The notes: generated by a model not told the origin, from the letters alone. A stretch of 64,000 bases of DNA from Gammaproteobacteria bacterium (GCA_965221695.1 OZ244905.1:2304001-2368000), one strand, 5' to 3'. Shown: positions 38,415-47,883, numbered from the stretch's first letter. Numbers and translations: made by a program.

Positions 38415-38445
38415 CCGGGCTGCCGATCTTCAGATAAATTCATAG

Positions 38446-38474
38446 AAAAAGCCGACCCGGAGGTCGGCTTTTTT
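38446..38474. terminator. Bidirectional rho-independent terminator
   Basis: AAAAAGCCGACC-CGGA-GGTCGGCTTTTTT between convergent genes. Confidence 0.88.
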
Positions 38475-38494
38475 GGTCAGCAGACCAAATGAAG

Positions 38495-38800
38495 CTACTG
38501 GATAAGATTTTCCAGTTTTTTGTACGTCAGCATCGAGTCTATTGTCTTTACGATGCAACCAAGGTTGCTGCGTATCAACGCGTCCTCGAGACTTTCGTCC
38601 TTATCGACCTTGCTGCTCCGGCGGGTGGTATTGCCGGTCTTATCGTATGCACGATAAACGATTTGCGGCTTTACTTCCGTCAGTGCGCATTTGAGCATCA
38701 CCTTCCTGGCATCGGCCAGGTATGGACTGGCTACTGCCTGGCTGCCCACGATAAGGAGCACAAAAACAATCACTACGTATTTCAGTGATATCTTCATCAT
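38495..38800 (-). CDS. Small secreted hypothetical protein
   Basis: CAGGAG RBS, signal peptide (...SQAVA), two Cys. Confidence 0.7.
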   Translation of the reverse strand: MMKISLKYVVIVFVLLIVGSQAVASPYLADARKVMLKCALTEVKPQIVYRAYDKTGNTTRRSSKVDKDESLEDALIRSNLGCIVKTIDSMLTYKKLENLIQ

Positions 38801-38962
38801 ATTTCTCCTGTGATTGGACCACGAGAGGAATACGCCCGGGGGCGTATTTCAGCCCTCGGGTCGGTTGCTGTTGTCATGTCCGCGAAGGACACGATCATCC
38901 CGCGGAGCGGGAATGATTCTTTTGGGATGTGTCGGGTTTCGGCCGGCATAAACAAAGCTGCT

Positions 38963-40285
38963 CTAATCCAGCGAATAACATCCGATACTGTTGCCGTTTA
39001 CCCACTGTGCACAGCATCGGTTGCCCAACTGGTGCATCGGCGGCCCGCAGGTCAGACAGAATTTTGTCCCGGTTGTCATCCTGCTGTCGGCGTTGCAATT
39101 GGTCAGGGTACGCGTCTGCGTAAAGGTTTTTCCGGCGCAGATTGTATCCGCGGGAGGCGCCCAGGCCGTTGCCGCGCAGGAGAGGACAGGCGGTTTTGTG
39201 CCGATCGCGGTACGGCTCTCGGTACTGCAGTCAGCCAGAGTACGCGTTTGCGTAAAGGTTTCCCCACTCAAGACCGTATTGGCGGGAGGCGCCCAGGCCG
39301 TTGCCGCGCAGGAGGGGACAGGTGGTTTTGTGCCGATCGCGGTGCGGCTCTCGGTACTGCAGTCAGCCAGGGTACGCGTCTGCGTAAAGGTTTCCCCACT
39401 CAAGACCGTATTGGCGGGAGGCGCCCAGGCCGTTGCCGCGCAGGAGGGGACAGGTGGTTTTGTGCCGATCGCGGTACGGCTCTCGGTACTGCAGTCAGCC
39501 AGGGTACGCGTTTGCGTAAAGGTTTCCCCGCTCAAGACCGTACTGGCGGGAGGCGCCCAGGCCGTTGCCGCGCAGTATGAAGCGCATGATTTTGTGCCGA
39601 TCGCGGTGCGGTTCTCGATACTGCAATCAGCCAGCGTTCGGGACTGAGAGAAACTATCTCCGATACACACCGTGCCGGCGGACGGTTTCCAGGCGCTGAC
39701 TGAACAGACGCTTGTCGGAGGCGATGGCACGCGCGATGGAGGTGGAGAAACCGGTTCACAGGGTCCGTTGTCGACCTGCCCGGTGCGGCTCCTGACGGCA
39801 GGCACGCACAGGTTCGGGCAGGGTTTTTCAGCGTCGCCGGTCACCGTGCAAGCGCTTTGTTGTGTGTAACTGCGCACACCGCAGCCGGATGGCGGATTGC
39901 CGGTCCACGCTGACCAGGTTTCGGCTATCTGACACCAATCCTTTTCCGGGTTTGCTTTAATATGTTCAAGGAAGTTGTTGAACGCTGGTTCGTCTTTGAG
40001 CAGTACCGGAAATCCCCCTGCGCGATCTGGGTCGACCCATAACCGATACGGGTACGGGTGTTGCGTGCTACCACTGAAGCGTCTGACGATATTTCGGTCA
40101 TCTTCCGGCCACAGGATCATTATGTCTGGTTGACCGCTTTGCCAGTAACCTTCGTCGCCATAGTCGTTGGCGCGCTTAACGGTGTCGCTGATGGTCTGGG
40201 CATTGAGCGTATGAATAAACAGGAGCGCCGGCAATACTATGACGGCCAGAGATGTCGGAATTGTGGTTTTGTAGAACATGGTCAT
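38963..40285 (-). CDS. Secreted Cys-rich repeat protein (TSP1-like segment plus five ~44-aa repeats)
   Basis: Signal peptide ending LNA; WSAWTG..CGVRSYTQ; repeat C..TAWAPPA.TV.SGETFTQTRTLADC...RTAIGTK. Confidence 0.8.
   Translation of the reverse strand: MTMFYKTTIPTSLAVIVLPALLFIHTLNAQTISDTVKRANDYGDEGYWQSGQPDIMILWPEDDRNIVRRFSGSTQHPYPYRLWVDPDRAGGFPVLLKDEPAFNNFLEHIKANPEKDWCQIAETWSAWTGNPPSGCGVRSYTQQSACTVTGDAEKPCPNLCVPAVRSRTGQVDNGPCEPVSPPPSRVPSPPTSVCSVSAWKPSAGTVCIGDSFSQSRTLADCSIENRTAIGTKSCASYCAATAWAPPASTVLSGETFTQTRTLADCSTESRTAIGTKPPVPSCAATAWAPPANTVLSGETFTQTRTLADCSTESRTAIGTKPPVPSCAATAWAPPANTVLSGETFTQTRTLADCSTESRTAIGTKPPVLSCAATAWAPPADTICAGKTFTQTRTLTNCNADSRMTTGTKFCLTCGPPMHQLGNRCCAQWVNGNSIGCYSLD
39060..39710 (-). 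repeat. 132-bp tandem repeat array (5 copies, central three near-identical)
   Basis: GCCGCGCAG recurs at 39171, 39303, 39435 and 39567. Confidence 0.88.
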
Positions 40286-40290
40286 GATCC

Positions 40291-40941
40291 TTATGGGTTG
40301 ATGAGTATGTCGTTGAAGGTGGCGGTGGCGCCGATAATGATGTCTGCTTCGATGGTACCGTTGGCGTCAGAGTTTCTGGCAATGATGCGCAAAGCATTGG
40401 CCAATGAATTTCCGTTCAGGTCCAGCGCGTTGCCGATGCCGGCGCTGAAGCTCAACGGGCCGGTCATCTCGTCACCGGCACGTTGCACGAACAGGTCTTC
40501 AGCCTGCTCTTGGGTCACGAATAAGTCCAGCAAGGCCAGGTCGGTGGGGTCGGCAAAACCCACCGTGACCTCACTGTCGTTGACCTGCGCCACCGCGCCG
40601 AGGCGCGCGGAAATACGACCGGCCTCTGCGTTACTGGTAGCGTTATAACGAATGGTAAACCCTCCTGTTGCGGGAAAATCGAACACGGGTTCGGCAAAGC
40701 CCGGTTCAGCTTCCCAGACAGGCAGGTAATCACCCAGCGTATCGATATCTCCCGCATAAGCGCCTGCCTGCGGGTTGTTCGGGTCCGAGATATAACGGTG
40801 CTGGGCAAGGGCGAGTTGTACGATGCTGTTCTGAACCCGGTCCGGAACCAAGGAGCGCGCCCGTTCCTCTATCCTGAAACTCAGTCCCAGAGACAGCAGG
40901 CTGAACACCAGCATGAAATAAATGGTCGGCAATATATTCAT
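40291..40941 (-). CDS. PilV-like minor pilin
   Basis: N-terminal hydrophobic helix, LAQHRYI pilin-like helix, FVQRAGDEMTG..LDLNGNSL reminiscent of the PilV constant region; last pilin in the pil string. Confidence 0.55.
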   Translation of the reverse strand: MNILPTIYFMLVFSLLSLGLSFRIEERARSLVPDRVQNSIVQLALAQHRYISDPNNPQAGAYAGDIDTLGDYLPVWEAEPGFAEPVFDFPATGGFTIRYNATSNAEAGRISARLGAVAQVNDSEVTVGFADPTDLALLDLFVTQEQAEDLFVQRAGDEMTGPLSFSAGIGNALDLNGNSLANALRIIARNSDANGTIEADIIIGATATFNDILINP

Positions 40942-41390
40942 GGCGTATTGCAGGAAAAATCGTTCCCTGCATAGGCAAACAGGTTGTACCAGTGGTTCGC
41001 CGCGCGGTAATAGGTAATGTCGTAAGCAGGGATGAATGTATGAGAACTGTCCGCTTCAAACTCACCGAGTGTGCGGGCGCCCAGGAATGCCAGGTAGGCG
41101 GCTTCCCCCCCGGCATTGATACTGATGGTGGGGTGACCCGCGAGGCGCCATGTGAACCTGACGCCTTGATCGGCGAAGTCGTTGTCCAGGTGGCCGGATG
41201 ACTGCAAACCTTCTGTGGTTACCGTCTCGGGCAGAGCGTCGCAATTGGCGCCGATGAACTCGGTTCCCGCGACCTGGATTTCCTCCAGGGTTTGCATGAA
41301 TGCGCGGGTTTGCCGCTGCGGTTGTATCATTATCGTCATGCCCGATATGAAAGCAATCGCCAACGCAAACTGGTATAAGGTAATGGGCAT
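40938..41390 (-). CDS. Pilin-like protein
   Basis: ITLYQFALAIAFISG hydrophobic N-terminus, LQSSGHL motif, Cys pair; 150 aa. Confidence 0.6.
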   Translation of the reverse strand: MPITLYQFALAIAFISGMTIMIQPQRQTRAFMQTLEEIQVAGTEFIGANCDALPETVTTEGLQSSGHLDNDFADQGVRFTWRLAGHPTISINAGGEAAYLAFLGARTLGEFEADSSHTFIPAYDITYYRAANHWYNLFAYAGNDFSCNTP

Positions 41391-41393
41391 TGC

Positions 41394-41837
41394 CTATTCA
41401 ATGACGACAGTCAGGGTTGCAGTCGCGCAGGCGTTGGTGGTGTTGTCAGCATCAACATTGGCCCATTTACCTGCTTGCGCCCGGTCCAGCAGCCAGTTGC
41501 AGCTCTCCGCATCGCCGGCGTCATAGGTGATGGAGGGGGTCGTCGCACCGGGACTGGCAGTAATGTTTGTTTCTATCACACTCTCGCCGGTACCGTCATC
41601 ATATAACTCGGAGTCCAGGTAACCGTTATCTACCAGATCCTCAAAATCGGCGCTGGCCAGGGTGGTTTCTCCGCGATTCACCCAACGGTATTCCGAGGCC
41701 GCGTTGATCACGTTGATGATCTCCGCTTCCATATTACGGTTTTCCGATTGCGTGACCAGCGGCGCCAACGCGGTGTACGCGCCGAGGCCCACGATACTGG
41801 TAATGATTAATCCGAATACTATCGCAACTTGGTTCAT
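41394..41837 (-). CDS. Probable major type IVb-like pilin (PilS position)
   Basis: Strong GAGGAGG RBS; hydrophobic N-terminal helix, LVDNGYL motif, C-terminal Cys pair (ESC...NAC); follows the platform gene. Confidence 0.7.
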   Translation of the reverse strand: MNQVAIVFGLIITSIVGLGAYTALAPLVTQSENRNMEAEIINVINAASEYRWVNRGETTLASADFEDLVDNGYLDSELYDDGTGESVIETNITASPGATTPSITYDAGDAESCNWLLDRAQAGKWANVDADNTTNACATATLTVVIE

Positions 41838-41856
41838 GATAATTTCCTCCTCTTGG

Positions 41857-42888
41857 TTAGATTTCAATTCCCGTACCCATAGACACCAGGGCAAAAGGGA
41901 TGGTGATAGTTATGCTCAGGCTTAAAAACAGGACTGTGTAGAATGCCCGGTAAGCCGTGATGGCCCTGGAGAGCCTGATGTCCAGCATCCGTCCGGCCAT
42001 ATCGAAGCCCCTGGCGATCTCCTCCGGGGTCTGGTTCGGAGTGCATGACAGCACATGCGCATATGCATAGGGTGACAGCACATCCTTCAGCGTCTGCAGC
42101 AGCGAGGCCTCTTTCAGCCTGGACCTGCTTGCGCGTAGCGTCTGCCCGAACTGGCGATGTGCGGCGAACGTGGTTTCCATCAGGCACAGGAACTCATCGG
42201 GCGGCAAGCGGGTGGAAATCAGCGCGCGGCTGATTTTCAGGAAACGCAGTTCGGTCAGCATCGCGCGAAACCGGAAACAGCCGCAGGCCATGAGCGCCGC
42301 GCGCAGCGGTCCGGTAACGCGATAGGCGCACCAGTGGTAAAAGACAATAGCGCCGGCCGTCAGCCCGGCCAGTTGCGTCCACCAGGCGCTGATGAAAGTC
42401 ACGTAGTCGAAGAACAGCGTATATCCGCTGGTATAGTTTTTCAGGTAGGGCAACATATAGATGGACATTGCGCTGATGACCACGCACATGAATAGCCACT
42501 GGATGCTGCCGGAGAGGACCTGCAAAACCACCGGCCCGCGCAAATCCTGCTCCAGCAACAGGTCTGTGACGGTGTCCATGCAGTCATGCTGTTCGCCCAG
42601 TATCAGCAGGCTGCATTCCTGTTCGGTAAACAACCCGGTCTCAGCGTAATGGGTCGCGAAAGGCTGGTTGTTGCGGATGGCCCGCTTGCTGAGCCTGGCG
42701 ATTTCACGCACAGCAGGGTTGTTGCTGTGTTCCTGGATGTGGTTGAAAATGCCCAGCAATGGAAACTGGCTTCTCAGGTATTCGCGCAAGGTGGCATAAA
42801 AGAATCTCCTGCTGTCGTGATTGAACAACAGGGCGCGCAGGTATAGCGACTTGAGACGATGCAGCCGTTTATTAATGATTCCAGGCAT
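41857..42888 (-). CDS. PilR/GspF-like inner-membrane platform protein
   Basis: FFYATLREYL..., FTEQECSLLILGE, three TM segments; follows the ATPase. Confidence 0.7.
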   Translation of the reverse strand: MPGIINKRLHRLKSLYLRALLFNHDSRRFFYATLREYLRSQFPLLGIFNHIQEHSNNPAVREIARLSKRAIRNNQPFATHYAETGLFTEQECSLLILGEQHDCMDTVTDLLLEQDLRGPVVLQVLSGSIQWLFMCVVISAMSIYMLPYLKNYTSGYTLFFDYVTFISAWWTQLAGLTAGAIVFYHWCAYRVTGPLRAALMACGCFRFRAMLTELRFLKISRALISTRLPPDEFLCLMETTFAAHRQFGQTLRASRSRLKEASLLQTLKDVLSPYAYAHVLSCTPNQTPEEIARGFDMAGRMLDIRLSRAITAYRAFYTVLFLSLSITITIPFALVSMGTGIEI

Positions 42889-44485
42889 CGTACAGGTTCG
42901 CTCTGTTGAAATTACCGATCTTGCGCTGCGTGAGCAGCGGGTCCAGTTCGCCCTCGAATATTTTCGTACAGGCATGCTGGTGGATATTCAATATGCCGTT
43001 GTCCCGCATCCAGTCCCGTAGCGCCTGGGGGTTGGAGGTATCCATCAGCAGGCGCCGGTTGGCTTCGGTGATCGGTATGCATTCGGCCACCAGCGTCAGT
43101 TTTTCTATTCCCGAATACCGGCAGTTGTTGCAACCGCGCGCATTATGGTAACGCACAGTCCGGTTTGCATAGGCGCCGAAGCCCGCTCGATAATATTCGT
43201 GCCAGAACAGGTCTGCATGCCGTTCCAGTTTGCAGCGGTGGCACAGCACGCCTATCAGGGACTGGACGATGATCAGGCTCAGGAACGACTCGGAGAACAG
43301 GATATCGGGGCTGATCCCCAGGTCGGTTTTGGAGACCATCCGGTTGATCGCGTCAACCCAGCCGGAACCGTGGATGGACGCAATGCCGGTAGTCCCCTGG
43401 AGCATCATTGAAGAAGCCATCACTGCGGTTTCACGGTCGCGTATTTCGTTGATGGCAATGAAATCCACATCGTGACGGGTGGAAATGCGCCTGAGTTTTT
43501 CCTTGTTTTCCCGGATGATCTCCTCGGTGCCTTCGATGGGCAACTGGATTTGTACGAAATTGTCCAGTTCAACCTCGATCTGGTCGGAGATCTCCAGGTT
43601 TTTCTCCAGCGCCGGCCGGGTCTTCATGATCGCGGTCTGGGTCGTGGATTTACCGGAATTGACTGCGCCGATGATCAACGTGATGCCCTTGTTGGCCGAA
43701 ATCTGTTTCAGGGTCTGCAACTGGGTTTCATGGTAGCCGAGAGTGGCGATATCGGGGATAAGCTTCATGTCTCGCAAGCGGATGGCCAGGCTGCGTTCAT
43801 CATTTACCTTGGAATACCCGTAAGATACCCGGCACAGCCATTTCTGCCCCTTGTAGTCGTAATTGAAACGCCCGTCCTTGGCCACGTCGCCATTGCTGAA
43901 CGGCTGGTTCACGTAGATGTTCCAAACGGCCGCAATGATCTTTATGCCCTGGCTCTTGTCAAAGGACTGGCTTACCGACAGCCGCCCGAAAACACGTTGG
44001 TACACGGTCGTCTTGTTGTTCTTGATCTCCAGGTGGATGTCCGTAGCATTGTTGTTGATGGCCTGGGACAGCAGTTCATTGACCTGGTTGGAGCTTTCCC
44101 GGGTCTGTTGCTGCAGGGAAATCTCCTTGTTCCTGTTGATGAAGGATTCAAATACCGAACGCGTGGTCTCGTGGATCACAGGTTCCTTGTGATGCACATC
44201 CCTGATCAGGTTGATCAATTGATTCAACGCAAGCGCTTCATGCTTGTTGAGATCGCTGCGGTCGATGCAGTAGAGTTCGGCATCCTCGGCGATGAATCCC
44301 GGGCAGGCGCCGTTCATCTTTCGGGTTTCCGAAAGGATATCGGCATTGGTAGTGAGCTGCACGTTTTCCAGTTCTTCGTAATTGGTAATCAGCGGTGTGT
44401 CCTGGACCATATTATCCGGCGCGTCCTGTTCGAAGCTTGGCAGCGTGGGCGCCGGGTTCCTTTTTTTTAGGGTCTTGAACATCAT
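42872..44485 (-). CDS. PilQ/GspE-family pilus assembly ATPase
   Basis: ATDIHLE, Walker A GAVNSGKST, NEIRD, SIHG, CHRC/CNNC Zn motif. Confidence 0.88.
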   Translation of the reverse strand: MMFKTLKKRNPAPTLPSFEQDAPDNMVQDTPLITNYEELENVQLTTNADILSETRKMNGACPGFIAEDAELYCIDRSDLNKHEALALNQLINLIRDVHHKEPVIHETTRSVFESFINRNKEISLQQQTRESSNQVNELLSQAINNNATDIHLEIKNNKTTVYQRVFGRLSVSQSFDKSQGIKIIAAVWNIYVNQPFSNGDVAKDGRFNYDYKGQKWLCRVSYGYSKVNDERSLAIRLRDMKLIPDIATLGYHETQLQTLKQISANKGITLIIGAVNSGKSTTQTAIMKTRPALEKNLEISDQIEVELDNFVQIQLPIEGTEEIIRENKEKLRRISTRHDVDFIAINEIRDRETAVMASSMMLQGTTGIASIHGSGWVDAINRMVSKTDLGISPDILFSESFLSLIIVQSLIGVLCHRCKLERHADLFWHEYYRAGFGAYANRTVRYHNARGCNNCRYSGIEKLTLVAECIPITEANRRLLMDTSNPQALRDWMRDNGILNIHQHACTKIFEGELDPLLTQRKIGNFNRANLYDAWNH

Positions 44486-45165
44486 TGCCAGGGTACGATG
44501 TGTACCTGTTTACTGCCTTGGTCTTCAAGATGCACCTCGTGCCGGTTCCCGTTGCCCCGGTGTTTGACATGCTCCACCTTGACGATCTTGAACCTGCGCC
44601 GGTTGTGTTCGATCACACTGCCGACGGCAAGTGAGCGCGGCCGCCCATTGCTGATCAGCACGACGCTTGACTTGATTCCGAGTTCCTGGTTTTCATCATT
44701 GACATGCCCAACCGTCAGCCCGTCAATTCCTTGCTTCGGGACAGGTTTTTTGCGTGGTTTTGCCGGTTTCTTCACCGGTTGCGCGGGTTTTTTTGCCGGC
44801 GCCGGAGAGGCTTTCGGGGCTGCTTTGCGCGTTTTCAGCAACGCAGCCAGGTCCGGCCTGATCCGGATTAACTCTGCATCGACGGATTGCAGCAGGCCGG
44901 CATCGATGCGGTCCCGTTGCTGGTTGATTGCCTCGAGGATATCCAGCACCTGTTTGTAGTAAACCAGGTCGATTACAAGTTGTTCTTCGCGGTTGCAATG
45001 GGGGCAGGGAATGTCCTTGGCGGATGGTGCCGGCTTGGTGGTTGTTGCCGGTTGTTCCGGCGCCGGGCGGGCAGCCGGGACAGCCTTGTCATCCGCGATG
45101 ATTGGTTGCGCATGGACCTGGCACATAGAGGTTGCGAGCAGCAACGTGATTACGGTAGGTTTCAT
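44482..45165 (-). CDS. Periplasmic protein at the PilP position
   Basis: Signal peptide, coiled-coil, Lys/Pro linker, small C-terminal beta domain (LAVGSVI); assigned by synteny. Confidence 0.5.
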   Translation of the reverse strand: MKPTVITLLLATSMCQVHAQPIIADDKAVPAARPAPEQPATTTKPAPSAKDIPCPHCNREEQLVIDLVYYKQVLDILEAINQQRDRIDAGLLQSVDAELIRIRPDLAALLKTRKAAPKASPAPAKKPAQPVKKPAKPRKKPVPKQGIDGLTVGHVNDENQELGIKSSVVLISNGRPRSLAVGSVIEHNRRRFKIVKVEHVKHRGNGNRHEVHLEDQGSKQVHIVPWQ

Positions 45166-45166
45166 A

Positions 45167-46339
45167 TCAGGTTCCGATGATTTCTATGGTGATGGTGAGG
45201 TTTCTCCAGCCTGAATGCCTGTCTGTGGCAATCCCGGCCTGCTGCAGGTAACCGTGCACAATCGTCTGTTGCAGTTGCCGGACCCACACGCGTAATGCAG
45301 TACGGTTCGGATAATCGAAGCTCAATTCGATGATGCCCTTTGCCGTGTCACGTTTGCGACTGCTCCCGATAATGCTGAAACGGGCATGGTTTGCTTCGGC
45401 GAACTGCCGGTAGCGCTCAAAGCTGGTTGACAGTGGAGCCAGGTCTGTGTCCTCCCCCGGTGGTGGTTTGAACAGTGATGAATGCAGTGTCCAGTTGTTC
45501 TTTTGCACTGAGAAAGCGCCTTCCAGCGCATCTGCGATCCGGTTCAGGCGATCCAGGGAGAAAGATTGATCATAACGGCCGGTTGCGCTGGTCAGATAGC
45601 CTTTCGAAGACTTATTGATGCTGATAGTGTCAAGTTCGTAGGCGAGCAGCGCCGAGAACTCGTTCAGGAGCGCGGCGACGGCTTCGAGGTCCGTAGCAAT
45701 GCGAATCACGCTTCTTGGTTCGGCGAGCACTGTGCGTTGCGTGGTTTCCTTTATCTCCCGAACATTGGTGTTCGATATGAGCAGGACCATCAGGCACACA
45801 CTGATGCAGGGTATCAGCGCCAGTAGCGAAAGTTCCGCGAGGTTGTAACCGCGTTTCAGCAGGAAAGGGTTGTTTTTGCCCGTGTCGAAATTGATATACA
45901 GGTCTTTCAGGGAAATATTGTGCTGCAAGAAGGCATCGCTGAGCTTGCCCAGTTCAGCCACCTGGCATTCCAGCGGGTTGTTTCTGATTAAGTCCAGACA
46001 ATCCTCGAATGCAAGCAGGTCTTCCTTTTCCACCAGAATATAATCCGTTTGTACGCGAATTGCAGCCACATAGACTATGTTGTCGAAGGGCAGAAGAATG
46101 TAGTGCCGCCCGGCCTGTATGTCAGTATGAATCCACTTTACGATCTGCGCAGCGATGGAGATGGCCCTGCCTTCGTCAAAGAAAATAAACCCCTCGGATT
46201 CCAGGTAATATTTTTTCTTCAGCGCGCTCAGGCGTTTGCTTACATACAACCAGGGGCGCCGTTCTTCCGGCAGGGTCTGGCTCTCCGCGTTAATGCACAG
46301 GTCGATGTCCCGCGCATTTAAGCTGATGGTCTCAATCAT
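45167..46339 (-). CDS. Bitopic protein at the PilO position
   Basis: Single central TM; lies between the secretin and the PilP-like gene; assigned by synteny. Confidence 0.5.
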   Translation of the reverse strand: MIETISLNARDIDLCINAESQTLPEERRPWLYVSKRLSALKKKYYLESEGFIFFDEGRAISIAAQIVKWIHTDIQAGRHYILLPFDNIVYVAAIRVQTDYILVEKEDLLAFEDCLDLIRNNPLECQVAELGKLSDAFLQHNISLKDLYINFDTGKNNPFLLKRGYNLAELSLLALIPCISVCLMVLLISNTNVREIKETTQRTVLAEPRSVIRIATDLEAVAALLNEFSALLAYELDTISINKSSKGYLTSATGRYDQSFSLDRLNRIADALEGAFSVQKNNWTLHSSLFKPPPGEDTDLAPLSTSFERYRQFAEANHARFSIIGSSRKRDTAKGIIELSFDYPNRTALRVWVRQLQQTIVHGYLQQAGIATDRHSGWRNLTITIEIIGT

Positions 46340-47883
46340 GATCTGAAACTGCCCTGGATCAGGAACAGCGTCTGGGTCAGGCGTTTGCCACCGGACGCGG
46401 AATTCCCGGTCAGTTGGTTGAACGGCCAGATCGGCAACAAGCCGGATCGGTCGGTTTTAACCTCCACTTCTTCCCGGTGAGTGGAGGCCAGCAGCACGGT
46501 CTCGCCGTCCTCGATGGTGACGTCGAAGATATTGTCGTTACCGGAACTGGTCGGCAGCACACCGGAGGAGCCGGCAATATCATAGGTGTCCAGGGAATCG
46601 ATTTTTGCCTCGTTGATGACGATATGCAGCGCAATCAGGTCGTCAGTGAGGGTCGGGAGAATATTGATCGCCTGGCCGGTCTCGAGTTCGCCGACTTCCA
46701 CAGTTGGGGTGGACAGGCTGGTGCCGCCGGCGTCGGTCTGCTGGATGCTGGTGCGTTCGATATAACGATGCACGCGATAATTGCGAATGGTCACCAGGCG
46801 GTTGTTATAGACCAGGGCCTCCTTGGTATCGTCAATGGAAATATTGCCCACCTGCGCCAGCGCCTTGAGTATGATGCCTGATGAGTCCCACGAGCTGTCA
46901 GGATCGGTGATCTTCAGGCTTAGCGCTCCGCCGCCGGCGTTGAGCTCCGACGCCGTCAGATCCTGGGTAAGATTGCTGATGTTGGCATAGATGCTGGCAT
47001 TACGAACCACGGAGAGGTCCACATGTTGTTGTGCCAGGTCGGTCACATCCAGGCGCACAATGGTGATCTTGATATTCGCCTGCCGGGTTACGCTCTGCAA
47101 CCACTTCCGGTAGGCATCGTCGAACAGCACAATTCGCTGCGGTCGGGCGCTGATGGAGAGCAGGTTGCCGGTCGGACTGATGCTGTAGCATTCCTGGTCG
47201 TTATAGGTATGCGTGGTCAGCGCGCCCGCAGCGTCATCCTCGCCGCCTTTGACCTGGTCACAATATTGGATGCCAAGCACGGTATTGACCAGTTGGTGAA
47301 CATCATTTTGTGCGGACAATTGGCTGCTGACATTGTTTTCGAAGCCGCCGGGCTTGTTTCTGTCCATTCCCAGGTTGTTGCTGCTTACCTTGATGGTGTT
47401 GTTGCCGCCGCCATACAGCGGCACCTCATATTCTTTTGTAACCATGGGCGTGATCAGCAGGATGCCCTGATGAAACTCGTAGCCCACGTTGGCCTGCAGG
47501 CTGATGGCGTTCAGGTGATCTTCCACGGTGAGCGCATCCGGGGTTGAACTGACCGGCGGGTTGTATTTGTCGGGGAGCGCGTACGCAACCGGAAAACCCG
47601 GCGTCAGCCGTTCCAGTGTTTCGCGCAACCCCTGGTTTTTGTACGTGGCCCGGTAAGTACGGTAAAGCCAGGCTCTTTCACTGGGCACATCAACCCGATT
47701 CGCCTGCGTGTTGATCGCGCGTACGGTTCGCAGCTCTTCAAGAACCTGGCGATGCCGCGCTATGGCTTCGTTAAATTCCTGTTCACGCTGCCTGATATTT
47801 TCGCTGCAGGCCGGCAGAACCAGCGCGGCCAGTAAACATGCCAGCCGTCCGGCGGCCGGATTAACGTGTGCTGTTTTCATCAT
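46336..47883 (-). CDS. Lipoprotein secretin (PilN/BfpB-like)
   Basis: LPAC lipobox; secretin-like C-terminus (GQAINILPT, IEDGETVLLAS, TLFLIQG). Confidence 0.8.
   Translation of the reverse strand: MMKTAHVNPAAGRLACLLAALVLPACSENIRQREQEFNEAIARHRQVLEELRTVRAINTQANRVDVPSERAWLYRTYRATYKNQGLRETLERLTPGFPVAYALPDKYNPPVSSTPDALTVEDHLNAISLQANVGYEFHQGILLITPMVTKEYEVPLYGGGNNTIKVSSNNLGMDRNKPGGFENNVSSQLSAQNDVHQLVNTVLGIQYCDQVKGGEDDAAGALTTHTYNDQECYSISPTGNLLSISARPQRIVLFDDAYRKWLQSVTRQANIKITIVRLDVTDLAQQHVDLSVVRNASIYANISNLTQDLTASELNAGGGALSLKITDPDSSWDSSGIILKALAQVGNISIDDTKEALVYNNRLVTIRNYRVHRYIERTSIQQTDAGGTSLSTPTVEVGELETGQAINILPTLTDDLIALHIVINEAKIDSLDTYDIAGSSGVLPTSSGNDNIFDVTIEDGETVLLASTHREEVEVKTDRSGLLPIWPFNQLTGNSASGGKRLTQTLFLIQGSFRS

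Noticed and set aside
38810-38960. Known riboswitch (e.g. c-di-GMP-I)
   Set aside because: Hairpins are present but I could not match the consensus; kept only as a generic structured leader.
38963-40941. Shufflon (invertible PilV C-terminal cassettes)
   Set aside because: No Rci-like recombinase and no inverted sfx-like repeats; the repeats here are direct, in-frame coding repeats.
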